Source: Azolla caroliniana | Taxonomy: Eukaryota > Plantae > Polypodiophyta | Length of the DNA stretch: 64,000 bases | Direction of reading: 5' to 3' | Assembly: GCA_043228905.1 (NCBI GenBank) | Contig: JBHGNT010000017.1 | Coordinates: forward strand, 7,998,001-8,062,000 | Shown: positions 11,134-23,932 of the stretch, in pieces | Position numbering within the stretch: the first letter of the stretch is position 1 | How the letters are laid out: the number at the start of each line of letters is the position of its first letter | Notes under the pieces: generated by a model | Database searches by the model: none | What the model was told of the DNA's origin: nothing | What the model saw: the letters and a program-made list of their open reading frames with translations, nothing else | Translations under genes and position numbers: made by a program

Positions 11134-13104
11134 CACAGTTACGCGCTCTGCAGTCTTGCACCAACAAGAACAATCAACAATACATTAAGTTTGCCCTAAG
11201 TCATATTTATGACTTTTCGGCTATTTACAAATATAGCCCCGATGCACTCTCAGAAAACATATTTACGATTATGTCCCTTCATCCGGTGAGTACTTCTCAC
11301 CGGGCCTTCACCATCCGGCTCTTGCCGGGTACTCGTCATCCGGTTCTCACCGGGTCTTCCGTTGCCGGGTACTCCAATCCCATCCGGAGGGACCGAGATC
11401 TTAACAAACTCCCCCTTCACTCCGGTATGGGATGTCTTACTAGTCCGATCCGCTTCTGACATGCATCCAGCTTGTCGGGTATCAGTACTTTGGTCAGTAT
11501 ATCTGACCCGTTCTCGGCCGTGCGGATCTTCGTTAGTGCGAACTCTCGATCTTCTACTCGCTCCCGGATCAAGTGATACCTACGCTGGATGTGCTTCATC
11601 CTAGAGTGGTACGTTGCGTTCTTAGCAAGGTGGATGGCACTTTGACTGTGCAATAGAGCCGGTATTCATCTTGCCAGATACCGAGCTCTCCGATGAAGTC
11701 TTTCATCCATAATATTTCCTTGCCAGCTTCCACAGCCGCCATGTACTCCGCCTCCGTGGTTGACAACGCAACTGTCTTCTACAGCCTCGACTGCCACAAA
11801 ATAGCTCCCCCTGCATATGTCATTACATACCCGGATGTAGACCGGCTGGTATCCACATCAGCCGACATGTCTGAATCGGTAAAACCGTCAAGTTGAGGTT
11901 TACCGGAGCCAAATCAAAGACACATGTTCGAAGTGCCCTTCAAGTACCGGAGTATCCATTTGACCGCGTTCCAGTGCTCCTTTCCGGGATTGCTCATAAA
12001 CCGGCTCACCACTCCGACTGCGTATCCTATATCTGGTCGGGTACACACCATTTCGTACATCAAGCTCCCGACGGTAGAGGCATATGGAACCTTCATCATA
12101 TCAGCCTTCTCTACTTTTGTCTACAAGCTTTGCTTACCGGATAATCTGCAGTTTGTCGGGAGCGTCGATCCGACCGGTTTCGCTTCTAAGATGTTGAACC
12201 GCTGAAGCACCTTTGTCACGTATTTCTCCTATGACAGCCACAATTGCTTCGTTGGCCGGTTCCAGATGATATGCATCCCCAGCATCTGTCTTGCCGGACC
12301 CAAGTCTTTCATTATGAAAGTTCGGTTGAGAGCCTTCTTTAGCATCCATATTCTGGCTTGGTTCCATCCGACGATCAGCATGTCATCCACGTACAGAAGG
12401 AGTATCAGGAAGTCGCCTCCTTCGAATTTCTTCACAAACACGTAGTGATCGGCCTGCGTCTTGTGGTACCCTTGATCGGTCATGAAGGAGTCGAACTTCC
12501 GGTACCATTGTCGGGGAGCTTGCTTCAGTCCGTACAAGCTCTTCTTCAACCGGCAAACCAGGCACTCCTTTCCTTTCTCCACGAATCCTTTCGGTTGCTG
12601 CATGTAGATCTCCTCTTCAAGGTCACCGTGAAGGAATGTCTTCTTCATGTCCAGATGCTCTCTTTCGAGGTTCATGCTTGCTGCTATACTCCGCACCGTC
12701 CGGATGGAGGTCATCTTTACTACCGGGACAAATATCTCGTTGAAGTCCACGCCCTTCTTCTGTTGGAACCTCTTGACCACGATCTTGGCTTTGTATCTCG
12801 GGGGGTTGCCGGCATTTCCTGGTTTCAACTTGTACACCCACTTGTTTCGAAGTGCCCTCTTTCCTTTTGGCAACTCCACCAATTCATACATATGGTTCTC
12901 ATGCAAGGAATCCATCTCATCCTGCATGGCACTTAACCATTTGCGGCTATGGGCGTCACTTTTAGCTTCCTCGAAGCTTTCTGGCTCCCCCTCATCGATC
13001 AGCAGCACATGCTCTGCATCCGGAAATCTCCGGGGGGGCCTTCTCTCTCTGAGAGGATATCTCCGTCTTTGGGCTTCGGTAACCGGCTCCTCCATTTGCT
13101 CTTC
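10797..13104 (-). mobile_element. Ty1/copia fragment (RT-RH-PPT-3' LTR), 5'-deleted, nested in the gypsy integrase
   Basis: RT 12229..13095 (LYGLKQAPRQW, LLYVDDML), RH 11417-11900, PPT AGGGGGAGTT at 11416-11407, and LTR 10797-11406 (TG..CA) containing (CT)n at about 11071-11130. Confidence 0.9.
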
Positions 13105-13400
13105 AACCGAAGAAGATCGAGGAAGGCGATTGGGTGCTAGTTTACGACAGCAGACTCGACAACTAGCACAAGGTGACCCGCAAATTCGCGAGGAGATGGT
13201 TCGGGCCCTTCACGGTGACGAGCACGAACGACAACGGCATGTACCATCTTGCGGAGCTCGACGGGACACGATTGGCGATGCCGATAGCCGGGAAGCGGAT
13301 TAAAGCGTTCAAGAAGCGATACGAAGATGAGCCGGAACGGGGGAGCGATAACGACGACGATCAGTTCGGGGACGCCGATAGTTCGAAGAGCAACGAGTGA
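13105..13400 (+). pseudogene. Gypsy integrase C-terminus (second copy of the 300-592 region)
   Basis: KKIEEGDWVLVYDS...RKFARRWFGPF...GKRIKAFKKR, homologous to 300-592. Confidence 0.85.
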
Positions 13401-13448
13401 ACGCGAGCCGGTTTTCTCCTGGTTCTGTCCCTCTCCGGCGCATACCAG

Positions 13449-14374
13449 TGTCGCGAAAATACGACGAGGATACGTGAACTTGAGGCAGGACCCCGGGGCC
13501 TCCGACCGGAAGATATCGAATTCGTATGATTATATTAAACAATTAATACAAGATGAGAAAGATTCACAAATTTCATTAACAAAGGAAAAGAAAGATTACA
13601 ATCAATCTCAAGATTGAGATTACAAAAAGTTTAGCTAATGGAGATTTCTAGAGTAATAGATAAGAGGAAATTAAGATATGGATTCTATAGAAAATTAGGG
13701 TTTTTTAGCTTTAATAAGAGATTATGGTTTATGAGTTGAATAGCTTCCGTATGGAAAAATTTGGAATTATGAATGATAGATCTTCCGAAGAGAAAATTAG
13801 GGTTTTTGAGTCTTATGGCTTCCGTAGGGAAATTAGGGTTTATAAGCCTTATGGCTTCCTTAGGGAAATTAGGGTTTATGAGAGATATGGCTTCCCTAAG
13901 ATAAGGGAGCTGAGAAGGAAAAGAAAATTAATGGAGAGAGAGTCTCAGAATAGTTTCTAGATTCAGGTTTTGCTTACCTGCCGGTTTCTGGATTCTAGTT
14001 TTGCATACCGTCCATATTCCGGTTTTGCTTACCGGCCGGTTTCCGGATTTGCATACCAGCTAGTTTCCGGATTTGCTTACCGGTTGGTTTCCGGTTTGCA
14101 TACCGGCCGGTTTCCGGTTTTTGGGAACTTGGCCACCATCATCCATCAAGAGAAAGTGGCCAAAGTGCTCTTAGCACAAATGAAAAATGAGGGAGCTTAA
14201 GGTGCTTATATAGCTAGGTCCTCAAGTTTCCTATCTATGTGGAATAAATAATAGATCTATTTTCTCTATCTTCTCAAACATCCATCTTCTATAACATGCC
14301 ATTAAGCTAATATAAAGTACTTTTTTTATTATTTTTTATTATTTTTTACATAGTGTGAGAAGATTCACACGACA
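13449..14374 (-). mobile_element. Solo LTR (926 bp) inserted just upstream of the host PPT
   Basis: TGTCG...CGACA termini interrupt the conserved CGCAT-CCGG-TGGATGCGCGG tract. Flanks CCAG/CTGG fit a deaminated CCGG TSD. TATA-like CTATATAAG on the minus strand at about 14213. Internal tandem arrays. Confidence 0.75.
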
Positions 14375-14404
14375 CTGGTGGATGCGCGGTTTGGTGGGGC
14401 TGGA

Positions 14405-15049
14405 TGTCGTGAAGAAAACCAGCCAAAAGCGGAATCGGCGAAGCAGGGCGCATGAACCGACCCTACACTTTTCCACACCAATTAATACCTTGAGCATAAC
14501 TAAGAGTAGGACGGTGGGTGCAAATAGACTAGATGTGACGCATTGAATGTCTTGGAAATCAAAGAGTATCTCTGTCCGAAAGGACAGAGAATAAATTGAT
14601 GAAACGAGGGTGCAACGGCCTGCCTCGATGGCCTATAAAAGGGAAGGAAGAAGGCGGATGAAGGAATGGAGTTGAGGAGCGAGGACGAAGTGTTGTTGGA
14701 CTGGGACCGAGCTCTCTCCTCCATCATTCGTCATTCTCTGCAGGATTTCAGACTGAGTTGCCTCTGCTTCGTGGACAACCCGTGTGCTTCCGGCAGAGGC
14801 TCCACAGTGCAGTCGGGGTTGTGTGCGTGCGTGAGCATTGTGTGTGTGGGTGTTCGCCTGAGTTGGGTCCGTTGCCGGCTTGCCGGTTGTAATCGTTATT
14901 GATTTTGTAATTAAAACTTTGTTCTCTCTCTCTTCCTCCCTCTGTGTTTCTGCAAGCTGCGCCCTCTCTCCCTTCGTTCTCACACTCCTTGGTTCAAGGC
15001 CCCTGCGGTTCCACCTCTTTCCACATGTGAAGAGCGTAACGACTCGACA
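14405..15049 (+). repeat. 3' LTR of the host gypsy family
   Basis: Same TGTCGTGAAGAAAACC start and GAAGAGCGTAACGACTCGACA end as 667-1322, preceded by the PPT. Confidence 0.85.
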
Positions 15050-16451
15050 ACGTGACGAAGGTGCTTCAACAGTTCAACATGTCGGATGCGAAACCGGTCG
15101 GATCGACACTTCCGGCAAACTGCAAGCTATCCGGAAGACAAAGTCCGAGGACAAAGGCGGAGAAGAAGGATATGAAGAAAATATCATATGCCTCTACTGT
15201 CAGGAGCCTGATGTAAACGATGGTATGTACCCGGCCAGATATCGGATATCAGTCAGCGTGGTAAGCCGGTTCATGAGCAATCCTAGAAAAGAGCAATGCA
15301 ACACGGTCAAGTGGATACTCTAGTACTTGAAAGGCACCTCAAGTATGTGCCTCTGATTCGGGTCCGGTAATCCCCAACTTGACGGATTCACGGATTTGGA
15401 TATGTTGGTTGATGTGGATACCAACCGGTCTACATCCGGATATGTCATGACCTATGTAGGGGGACCTGTTTCATGGTTGTCGAGGCTACAGAAGACGGTT
15501 GCATTGTCAACCACGGAGGCAGAGTACATGGCAGTTGTAGAAGCCGGCAAGGAGATAATCTGGATGAAGGACTTCATCGGAGAGCTAGGAATCCAACAGG
15601 ACGAATACCAGCTCTACTGCGATAGTCAAAGTACCATCCACCTTGCAAAGAACGCGGCATACCATTCCGAGACGAAACATATCCAACGAAGGTACCACTG
15701 GATCGCAGAGAGAGTTGAAGATCAAGAGTTCGTGCTGACGAAGATCCACACAGAGGAGAACGGGTCGGACATGCTGACCAAGGTCCTAACAATAGGCAAG
15801 TTGGACGTGTGCCGAAAGCGGATCGGGCTGACAAGATATCCCATGCCAGAGTGAAGGGGGAGATTGTTGGGAAATCGGTCTCTCCGGATGGGATCCGGTG
15901 CGAACTGGAAGAGATCCGGAAACCGGAGGAGACTCGGTGAGAACCGGAAGAGATCTGAAAACTAGAGGAGACCCGGTGAGAACCGGAAGAGAGAGCCGGT
16001 GAGAACCGGAAGAGAAGACATATCTGTAAATACGTTTTGAGTAAAAGCCTATTGAGGCTATATTTGTAAATAGCCCTAAGTTCATATAAGTATAAATATG
16101 ACTTAGGGCAATCACTTTGTAAGTGATAAGGTTGTAGTCGTCATACTGTTGTAACTGTTGTACAGAAGAGAGCGACAGAGAGGGGGAGAGAGATACAGAG
16201 CGATACTCTGTTGTAATGGCCGGTTGGCGAAGAAACCGAGCTCAAGGTCGATGCCTACGAGTTTCTGATTGTACCCCTTGTCTTCATAATGATAGTTCAG
16301 AATCTGTGGGCTCCCGTGGTTTTTCCCTATTAGGGTTTTCCACGTAAACATCTTGTGTTCACTCTTTAGTTCTCATTTCTATGTTCTCCATTCTCATCGA
16401 AGTGTTCAAGACTCGGTTGTGGCCAAGCAATATTCCGTGTTTTTCTCATCA
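15050..16451 (+). mobile_element. Ty1/copia 3' fragment (RT end, RH, PPT, 3' LTR); target of the gypsy insertion
   Basis: YVTKVLQ..., RH ORF 15396..15854 (TVALSTTEAEY, KHIQRRYHWI), PPT GAAGGGGGAGAT, and LTR 15865-16451 with a 30-bp GAACCGGAAGAGA repeat array. Confidence 0.85.
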
Positions 16452-17488
16452 CGTTGACCAACTCGATTGTCTCCGATTCGTCTTCAATACTGCCTTTGGC
16501 TATTTCAGCCCATGTCTTCCCGGCTTTCTTCTCACGGATTGCCCCCCTACGTTTGGTTGGCTTTGGCTTCGATTGGCTCCTTATCCGTTAGGCCTTCATA
16601 TGATTCAGCTCATCCAAATCATTCCATTTGATCAAACAAGTTGTTTCCGATTTGTCTACACCGCTAATCGAATCGGTTATCTCCAATTTGTCTACAATAC
16701 GGCCTTTGGCTATTTCAACCCATGTCTTCCCAGCTCTCTTCTCACTAGTTCTCCCCCTATGTTTGGCTCACTCATTGCACTCCCCCAACAGTCGGCTAGT
16801 CTTGCCTTAGCCGATTTTCTTCCAGGCGTTCTCTTGTCTAATTCAACTTCCTCAGTTGATTTGATTGTCTCATCGAGTTTCCCCTCGAGTCTCCTTTTAA
16901 CTCCGAGTTCTTCAACTTCAACTTTGACTCTCCCCCTCAAGTTCGGCAAGTTGAGGTGTTATAGCTCAAGCATACCCGAGAATTGGTGCAACTTGTCAAG
17001 ACCAAGAACGCGCTCACACGTGAAGTGGTAATGCATTTCGATGTGTTTCGTCCGAGTGTGGAAGATGGGTTTCTTCACAAGTTGGATACTACTGAGGTTG
17101 TCGCAATGAATCATCGTCAGATCAAACAACTCCACCCACAAATCCTTCAATAGCCTTTTAAGCCATATGGCTTTGCACATAGCGACATAAGCTCTTCTAT
17201 ATTCGGCCTCAGTGCTCGACAGTGCCACTGTTGGCTGCTTCTTGCTACACCACGCGACCACCGCGCTCCCTATGGAGAACGCATATCCCGATGTCAATCA
17301 GCAATCACCAACAATTCTGGCCCAATCGGCATCTATGTAGCCGACATGTTGTTCGGCTACACCTGCTCGATAAAACAACCCTTGATCCTTAGTGCCGCTC
17401 ACATAACGTAATATCCGTTGTGTTCACTAAACGTGATCGGATGTCGGTTGTGACATGACTTGACTAATCAGGCCGACTAGAAAACTGA
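16452..17488 (-). mobile_element. Ty1/copia fragment of the 'tailed' family (RH plus 3' extension)
   Basis: ORF 16959..17297 [30 protein letters not shown], followed by MPNLRGR and a K/E-rich extension. Confidence 0.8.
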
Positions 17489-19050
17489 TGTTGGCGGAGC
17501 AGGATGACTGAAGGTGTGAAAGGGAACAAGATGCCAAGCATAGGAAAAGTGGAGCCAGCTAAAAGCCAAATAAAGAGCGATTATAACGCCAATTAATTAA
17601 TGTTGAAACAATTATAACTAACCATGCCCCTGAAATAGGAAGCAGTTTATATAAGAACGGTATGAATGAGAGAAAAGGGGGGATATATTTTTAGACGAGT
17701 AAGAGAGAGAGAGCACTTTTGTACCGATAGTCAATCGGTATTTGTATCAGAGTATATCATTAATATATTAGTCTTCTTGTTGGGAAACACCACGTGTTCC
17801 ATTTGTGTCATAAGGTGTATGTGTAGTCGTGTACCCGTAATCGGTTGTGGCTGATTCAATGGGATACCTATTCCTGCATTCCTTGTAAAGCTCTAAGATC
17901 GGTCAGCATCTCCAAATGTCTACGGAACAGACGAGTTCAAGTATCCACAGAGAGAGTTATCTGAAAACCCTTGGGGGGCTAGAGTCACCTCCCTACCTCC
18001 CGTATCCGGCTAAGTGCACAATCGATGGGATGATCCAAAGTCCCTTTCCTCCTTCCTACCACAATTACCTTGATCCGGTTACTTGGAAGTAGTAACCGAG
18101 AGTGTGTTCCTCTAGAAGGGGAGGTAACACAATTTGGCACGCCAGATTTGAGACACGAGGACTATCTAGTCGTAGTAATGGTGCGCCACATGGGACTAAG
18201 CACTGGGACGGAGTCCCGACATGCAGAACAAGAAGAGATTCTGACCAAATCCGCACTCATTGAGCAATCTCTCCAAGAATCAGAAGACTAGTCAGCAACG
18301 CTTCCCGATCTAGTATCAACTAGCGGTAGTAGTTCCGAGGTCGAACACCCTGAAGACAACAGCCTACCTCGGGAGGTACCGAAGGACTAAGATATCAACA
18401 CAATGTTGTACCCATATCCAAGATACAATGAAGAAGCCGATGCTGAGGTGCATGTCCGCACTTTCCTCACAACGTGGCAAGCTGACAACGTGTCCCAACA
18501 TCAAAGTCATAGAAAATCAAAGGACAAGCAACAAAGTGGTATTCCCAACACAACTTTCAGGAGCTCAAGGACAAATTCATTCCTTTGGGAGCCCCTCCGA
18601 ATGACCCTAGCGGTGCTCGATTTTTCACAAAACTCGATTGAACAAGTAATCGATTGCGTCTTAACAATGGATAGCGCTAGAATATCAACATCCTCTGATG
18701 GCATCACTACAACGTGATTTGCCAAAAGTCGAAGGAATCCGGTTCTGGCAGGCTGTGTAGTGCACAAAATGCTTGAATTCGAGACACTCAGTGATCAAGT
18801 GCACACTGCGAACGCATTGCCTCATCTCCCAGTTCCACGCGCACACACTGGAACGGTGTGAATACAACCTACTAAATCGAGCCACAACTCCGGACCTGTG
18901 CCAAATCGAGCCATGCAACGATCAAATGCGAAATGAGCGCCGATTCCACCAACTTTCGATTTAGGGATCAGGACTGACCCCACTATGACGAACACTTTTG
19001 ACTGGCGGAAGACGAATACGGAGACTATAACTATGGATATGAACCAGCAT
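17489..19050 (+). mobile_element. 5' fragment of a non-chromoviral gypsy-like element (LTR, PBS, gag remnant)
   Basis: LTR about 17489-18129 (TGTT..AACA, TATATAA at about 17648) and PBS TGGCACGCCAG at 18135. Gag-like remnants YPRYNEEADAEVHVRTFLTTW and Cys/His knuckles at about 18760-18860. Confidence 0.6.
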
Positions 19051-21096
19051 GAGACTTTGTATCTACGTAACATACATCCGTATGCATGAGTTTAAGCGGC
19101 ATCTTCTTCCTCATCGGGAGCCCAGATCGGAAGGAGGTTTTGTTTTGCTTGTCGGGTAAGCAATTGATGCACTTGTCAAGTTGCATGTTCTTCATCTCCG
19201 AAATGAGGTTATCTGTGGCAAGCGTCCACATCTCCTTCTCACTCATGTGGCATAGCCTTTTGTGCTACAATTCACCGGTTATGTCGGCTGCAACATTCAC
19301 TTCTTCCCCGCATAATCGAGCATGCATCAAATACAATGTATTTGTCTTCCAGGCTTGGGCCACAATCAAGTTTCCCTTGCAGAACTTTAGAATGCCATTC
19401 CGGAAGCTACCCATGTAGCCTTCATCCTCTAGACGATTGGTTGATACCAGATTCAATCTTACCTCCGGAACGTGTCGCACATCCTTCAATACCAACCTGC
19501 ATCTAGTTGATGTCATCAAACACACGTCTCCTATGCTGAAGATTAGGCATGGTCCTTCACAAGACTATGGTCTCCGATTGTGTATGATGAGAAGAATTTC
19601 AGGTCGGAGGTCAAGTGAAACAATGATCCGAATTCGACCACCCACGTCATTTCGTCCCTGACAAGGTTCACTTCGTTTTGCTCGCTAATAAGCAGCACTT
19701 CCTCCTCACTTGTTGCAATTGCAGAGGTGCCTTTCTGTCTGGAATCTTCTTCGGCTCTACATCGTCAACTCCCCCTTTCTCTTTCCAGAAGTGTTGACAA
19801 TTCTTCTGGAATTACCCCGACTTCCTGCGATAAAATCATGTGGGCCTTCATCTCGACTTTGACCTCGTCCTCGACTTCTCCTGGTTCTGGGAACTTCTAT
19901 TTCGGCCTCTTCCCCAGTTCATGTAACTTTTTGTGACTAAGGCCTTCGGGTCAGTTGCGGTCTCTCTATCCTTCTGGCAGGTTTCTTCATTTAACAAGCT
20001 CAACTTCATCATCTCTAGGGATAGATGTTTCCCTTATGGTCCGGCGTTGCCCAATGTGACAATCAGCATCTCCCAGCTATCTGGAAGGGATCTCAATAGC
20101 AATAATGTTAATACATCATCAACAAGAGGTACTTTCAAAGAGGTGGTTTGGTTGATTGGTCCTTGGAAGGCGTTCAAGTGCTCAACCATGCTTGAGCCAT
20201 CCTGATACCTCAATGTCACTATCTTTCTAAAGACTGAGACTCTGTTTACGGCGTTCTTGTTCTCGAACATGAACCCGATCTTCTTCCACAGGACTTCAGC
20301 ATCTATCTCCTCGTTGAAGTTGTTGTATAGACTCATGTTTATAAAACACCTTATGTATACCGCCGCTTTCATATACATGACTTCCCAAGTCGATGCATCA
20401 ATCTTGTCAGGCTTGGTCTTGCCATACTGTACTCGCAACCATAAGTCTTTACATACAAGCATATCTCGCATCTTCGACTTCCACACTAAGTAGTTGGAGC
20501 CGGTCAACTTGAACATTCCACCAAAATGTTCGTCCATCTTGGTCTGATACCACTTTGTTGAGGATACTACCAGCCACGACTGGTTGATACACGTGCGTAT
20601 GCGCATGCAAAGACTGGAACGACAAAAATGACAGAAGACAGAAAGATAAAAGAACTAAACACAGAGATGATGCAACGACCCAGTGACACAAGATGTTAAC
20701 GTGGAAAACCTTGTAACAAGAAAAACCATGGGAGCCCACAGACTCCGAATTGTTCCACTATAAGAGGAGAGAATACAAGGAGACTCATAGGCAACAACCT
20801 TGAACTTGTCTTCCTCTAACTGACCGTTACACACACACCATCTCTCCTCCACTTTGCACAGTGATAAAGTCTAACTCTCTCTTTCTCTCACTCTACTACA
20901 CACACTAGTTACAGTGCCAATCAACCACGCTATAATGATTTTCCCTTAAGTTTATTTATACTCATACACATTATACGTTATTTACAAATATAGCCTCGAG
21001 TCGGCTTCGACCAATTTATCGATCAATCTTCGGTGAGTCCCTCAAGTCGGTACTTAATCGACTACATCTGATCCGGCTCATGCTTTCCGATAGACA
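19051..21096 (-). mobile_element. Ty1/copia 5' half (5' LTR, PBS, gag, PR, GAG-pre-integrase), degenerate
   Basis: tRNA-Met-type PBS TGGTATCAGA at 20552-20543, gag ORF 20034..20540 (FKLTGSNYLVWKSKMRDML) and LVLKDVRHVPEVRLNL. The LTR starts at 20556; its right end is approximate. Confidence 0.8.
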
Positions 21097-21101
21097 CAGA
21101 T

Positions 21102-21441
21102 TGTAAATGGACGAGAAAGATATGCTGAAATATTCACGCAAGAAAACATAAAATAGCAAAGTACACGGTATTTACGTGGAAACCCTAAAACGGGAAAGAC
21201 CACGGGAACAGTTATTTCACTATATGAACAAAACGTGCATGAGAAAAAGGAACAAGTTACAACTATTTGTAGCTCAGAGAATACCCAACTTAGAACTATG
21301 TCGCCGCTCACTCACGCGCTCTCTAACCACTCTATCTTAGTCTTTATTACGCTCTCTTTGGAGACTCTACACAATGCTCTGTTATGTTCTGCACATAATG
21401 TTTTCCCTAGCTTTTCATATTTATAGAGAAAAGGAAGTAAG

Positions 21442-21476
<35 letters not shown>

Positions 21477-21576
21477 AACGATAGTTTAATCAGTCGACTA
21501 ATTGACTCTTGCGTCGATTATCCAATAGACCCGACTTGTTGAACGTCTCTTTGGCCTAGATCATCCATCCAATACA
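21102..21576 (-). repeat. Isolated copia-type LTR (solo-like)
   Basis: TGTA...TACA ends, the ACGTGGAAACCC..ACCACGG motif shared with other copia LTRs here, and an (ATT)n tract. No matching TSD found. Confidence 0.55.
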
Positions 21577-21591
21577 GTCAACTGATCAAGT

Positions 21592-23895
21592 TGTTGAGTG
21601 CACAAGCTCAACCGGATCCAAATAAGCTGAATAAGCTGGAGCCGGATTGGTATCAGGAACAGAGAGCCGGATCGGTATCCGGAACCAAGAGTCGGATCGG
21701 AGAGACAGATCAAATTGTAACTGATATGCCGTTAGAGAGGCCTACAAGTTTAGCCTAGTACATAGGCATATTCCTTCAAGTTAGTGCCAGTCACGCGTAT
21801 GAGCATTGAAGTACTTGTTAGTACTTTCGTATGTACATAGAGTTATTATTTTGAATTGATTCTATGTTATTCTGCTCTCTCTGTCTCTCTTGGGTATTCT
21901 CTATTCTGAGGCTTCCATTAAACTTGTGCTTAATCTCTCTGTTACTATACAATGAAGCCGGTTTCGTCTATAAGCTTCCGCACGCTACTCTCTACATGGT
22001 CTCAGAAGTGCATATTAGTCATCTACTCTCATGATCAGAAGGGGTACAAGTGCTACAAGCCCTAGACAAAGACAGTCCGAGTAAGCCGAGATGTCGAGTT
22101 CGACGAATCGGCATCCTAGTACTCTCTGCTGACTCCGACCCCCGATTCCAGAAGATGAGCCTAGTGAGCCCGAAATTATCTGAGAAGAAGAAGAAGAAGA
22201 AGGATTCGGTACTCTAGATGAGAGTCTGCTCTCATTCCGGCTTAGCGGGCCAAATGAAGAGTTGAGTCGGAAGGACCGGCAAGATGATGAGGTGGCGAGC
22301 AGTGAAGATTCGGTTGTGCTCTCCCCGCATAAGGAACCAAGGAGACGATTCACATGCAAAGAGAAGGGGAAGAAGAAGATGTCGGAGTATGACACCGATA
22401 GAGAAGAATCGGATCGAAGCGAGACCCACTCCGGAAAGAATGAAGACGGGCCTCCGGGAACGAAGTCTAAGCTAGCCAAGAGGGCCTCCGGGAACGAAAT
22501 CGGCTAACGAGAAGTTGCGTCGATCACCCTCCAGAAAAACCCTATAAAATGGTATGGGTATAATGAGTACATGGCGCATCACTATGCATACATGAAGAAA
22601 GTGGTGGAAGTGTGTGAGTAATAGTGCTACGCAGAAGCAGCAAAAGACGTACAATGGCGTGCCGCTATGGAGGAAGAGATGCAGGCACTTGATGCCAACA
22701 ACACATGGGACCTGGTTGACCCTCCCCGACATTGCAAACCGATCGGTTGCAAGTGGGTGTACAAGGTAAAGTATAATGTTGACGGTTCGGTCAACCGGTA
22801 CAAGGCCCGATTAGTGGCGAAAGTATATTCGTAGACCCACGGAATCGACTACGACGAGACCTTCGCCCGATAGCGAAGATGACGACGGTTCGTGTGGTGT
22901 TGGCGATTGTTGCGGCAAGGGGATGGCATCTTCACCAAATGGACATGAAGAATGTGTTTCTTCAACGAGATCTTGAAGAACAGGTCTACATGATCCAACC
23001 CCTCGGATTTCAGTCGAATATGAATAAGTCAGTAGTGTGTAGACTCAAAAAGTCCCTTTACGGCCGAAAGCAAGCTGCCCGTGCTTGGAATTCGAAGATC
23101 ACGCACCGGTTGCGTAAGATAGGGTTTGCGGCCTCAAAGTAGCACTCTTCACTATTCCTCCAAAAAGGTCCGGACGGTCCGGAGTGTATCTTGCTATATG
23201 TAGATGATCTAGTCATCACCGGACCCGACCTCGCTAAAATCGGTCGAGTGAAGTCCCAGTTGTCGGACGCATTCCAAATGAAGAACTTGGGGGACCTTCA
23301 TTCTTTCCTTGGGATTGAAGTGATCCATACCCCCAATGGCATATTTCTCTCCCAACGACACTGTGTTGAATATGTTGTACAAGTTCGGCATGATGGATTA
23401 CCGACCAATCTTGACAACCCTGCACCGGAACCTCAACCTTCGTCTCGACTCCGGACCGGCCTGCAGTGAGACACGATTCCGACAAATGTCGGAAGCCTTA
23501 TTTATTTAACAATCACCCAACCCGACATTAGTTATCCGGTCGGAGAGATTAGTGCATTCGTGCAGAAGCCAACCATGTGATAGGATCTCGGTCCCTCTGG
23601 ATCGGATGATGAAGGCCCGATGAGAACCAGATGATGCAAACCCGGTGAGAACCGGATGATGAGTACCCGGTAAGGAAGACCTGGTGAGAACCGGATGACG
23701 TAGGTCCGGTGAGAACCTCTCACCGGATGATGGGACATATATGTAAATATGTTTCTGTTAGCCCATTGAGGCTATATTTGTAAATAGCCCGAAAGTCATA
23801 TTAGTATAAATATGACCTAGGACAAACTGCAAGGGTATCATTGTGCTGTCATTATTTTTGTATAGAGTTATTGGTGTAATAGTTGTATAGAGTGT

Positions 23896-23932
<37 letters not shown>

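Larger units (their letters stand above)
667..15049 (+). mobile_element. Degenerate, probably chimeric Ty3/gypsy LTR retrotransposon (fungal-like gag-PR / RT-RH-IN) hosting three nested insertions
   Basis: LTR-gag(1366-2620)-[insert]-PR(7720-8169)-RT/RH/IN(8160-10796)-[insert]-IN C-term(13105-13400)-[solo LTR]-PPT-LTR. The two LTRs share termini but diverge clearly inside. Confidence 0.75.
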
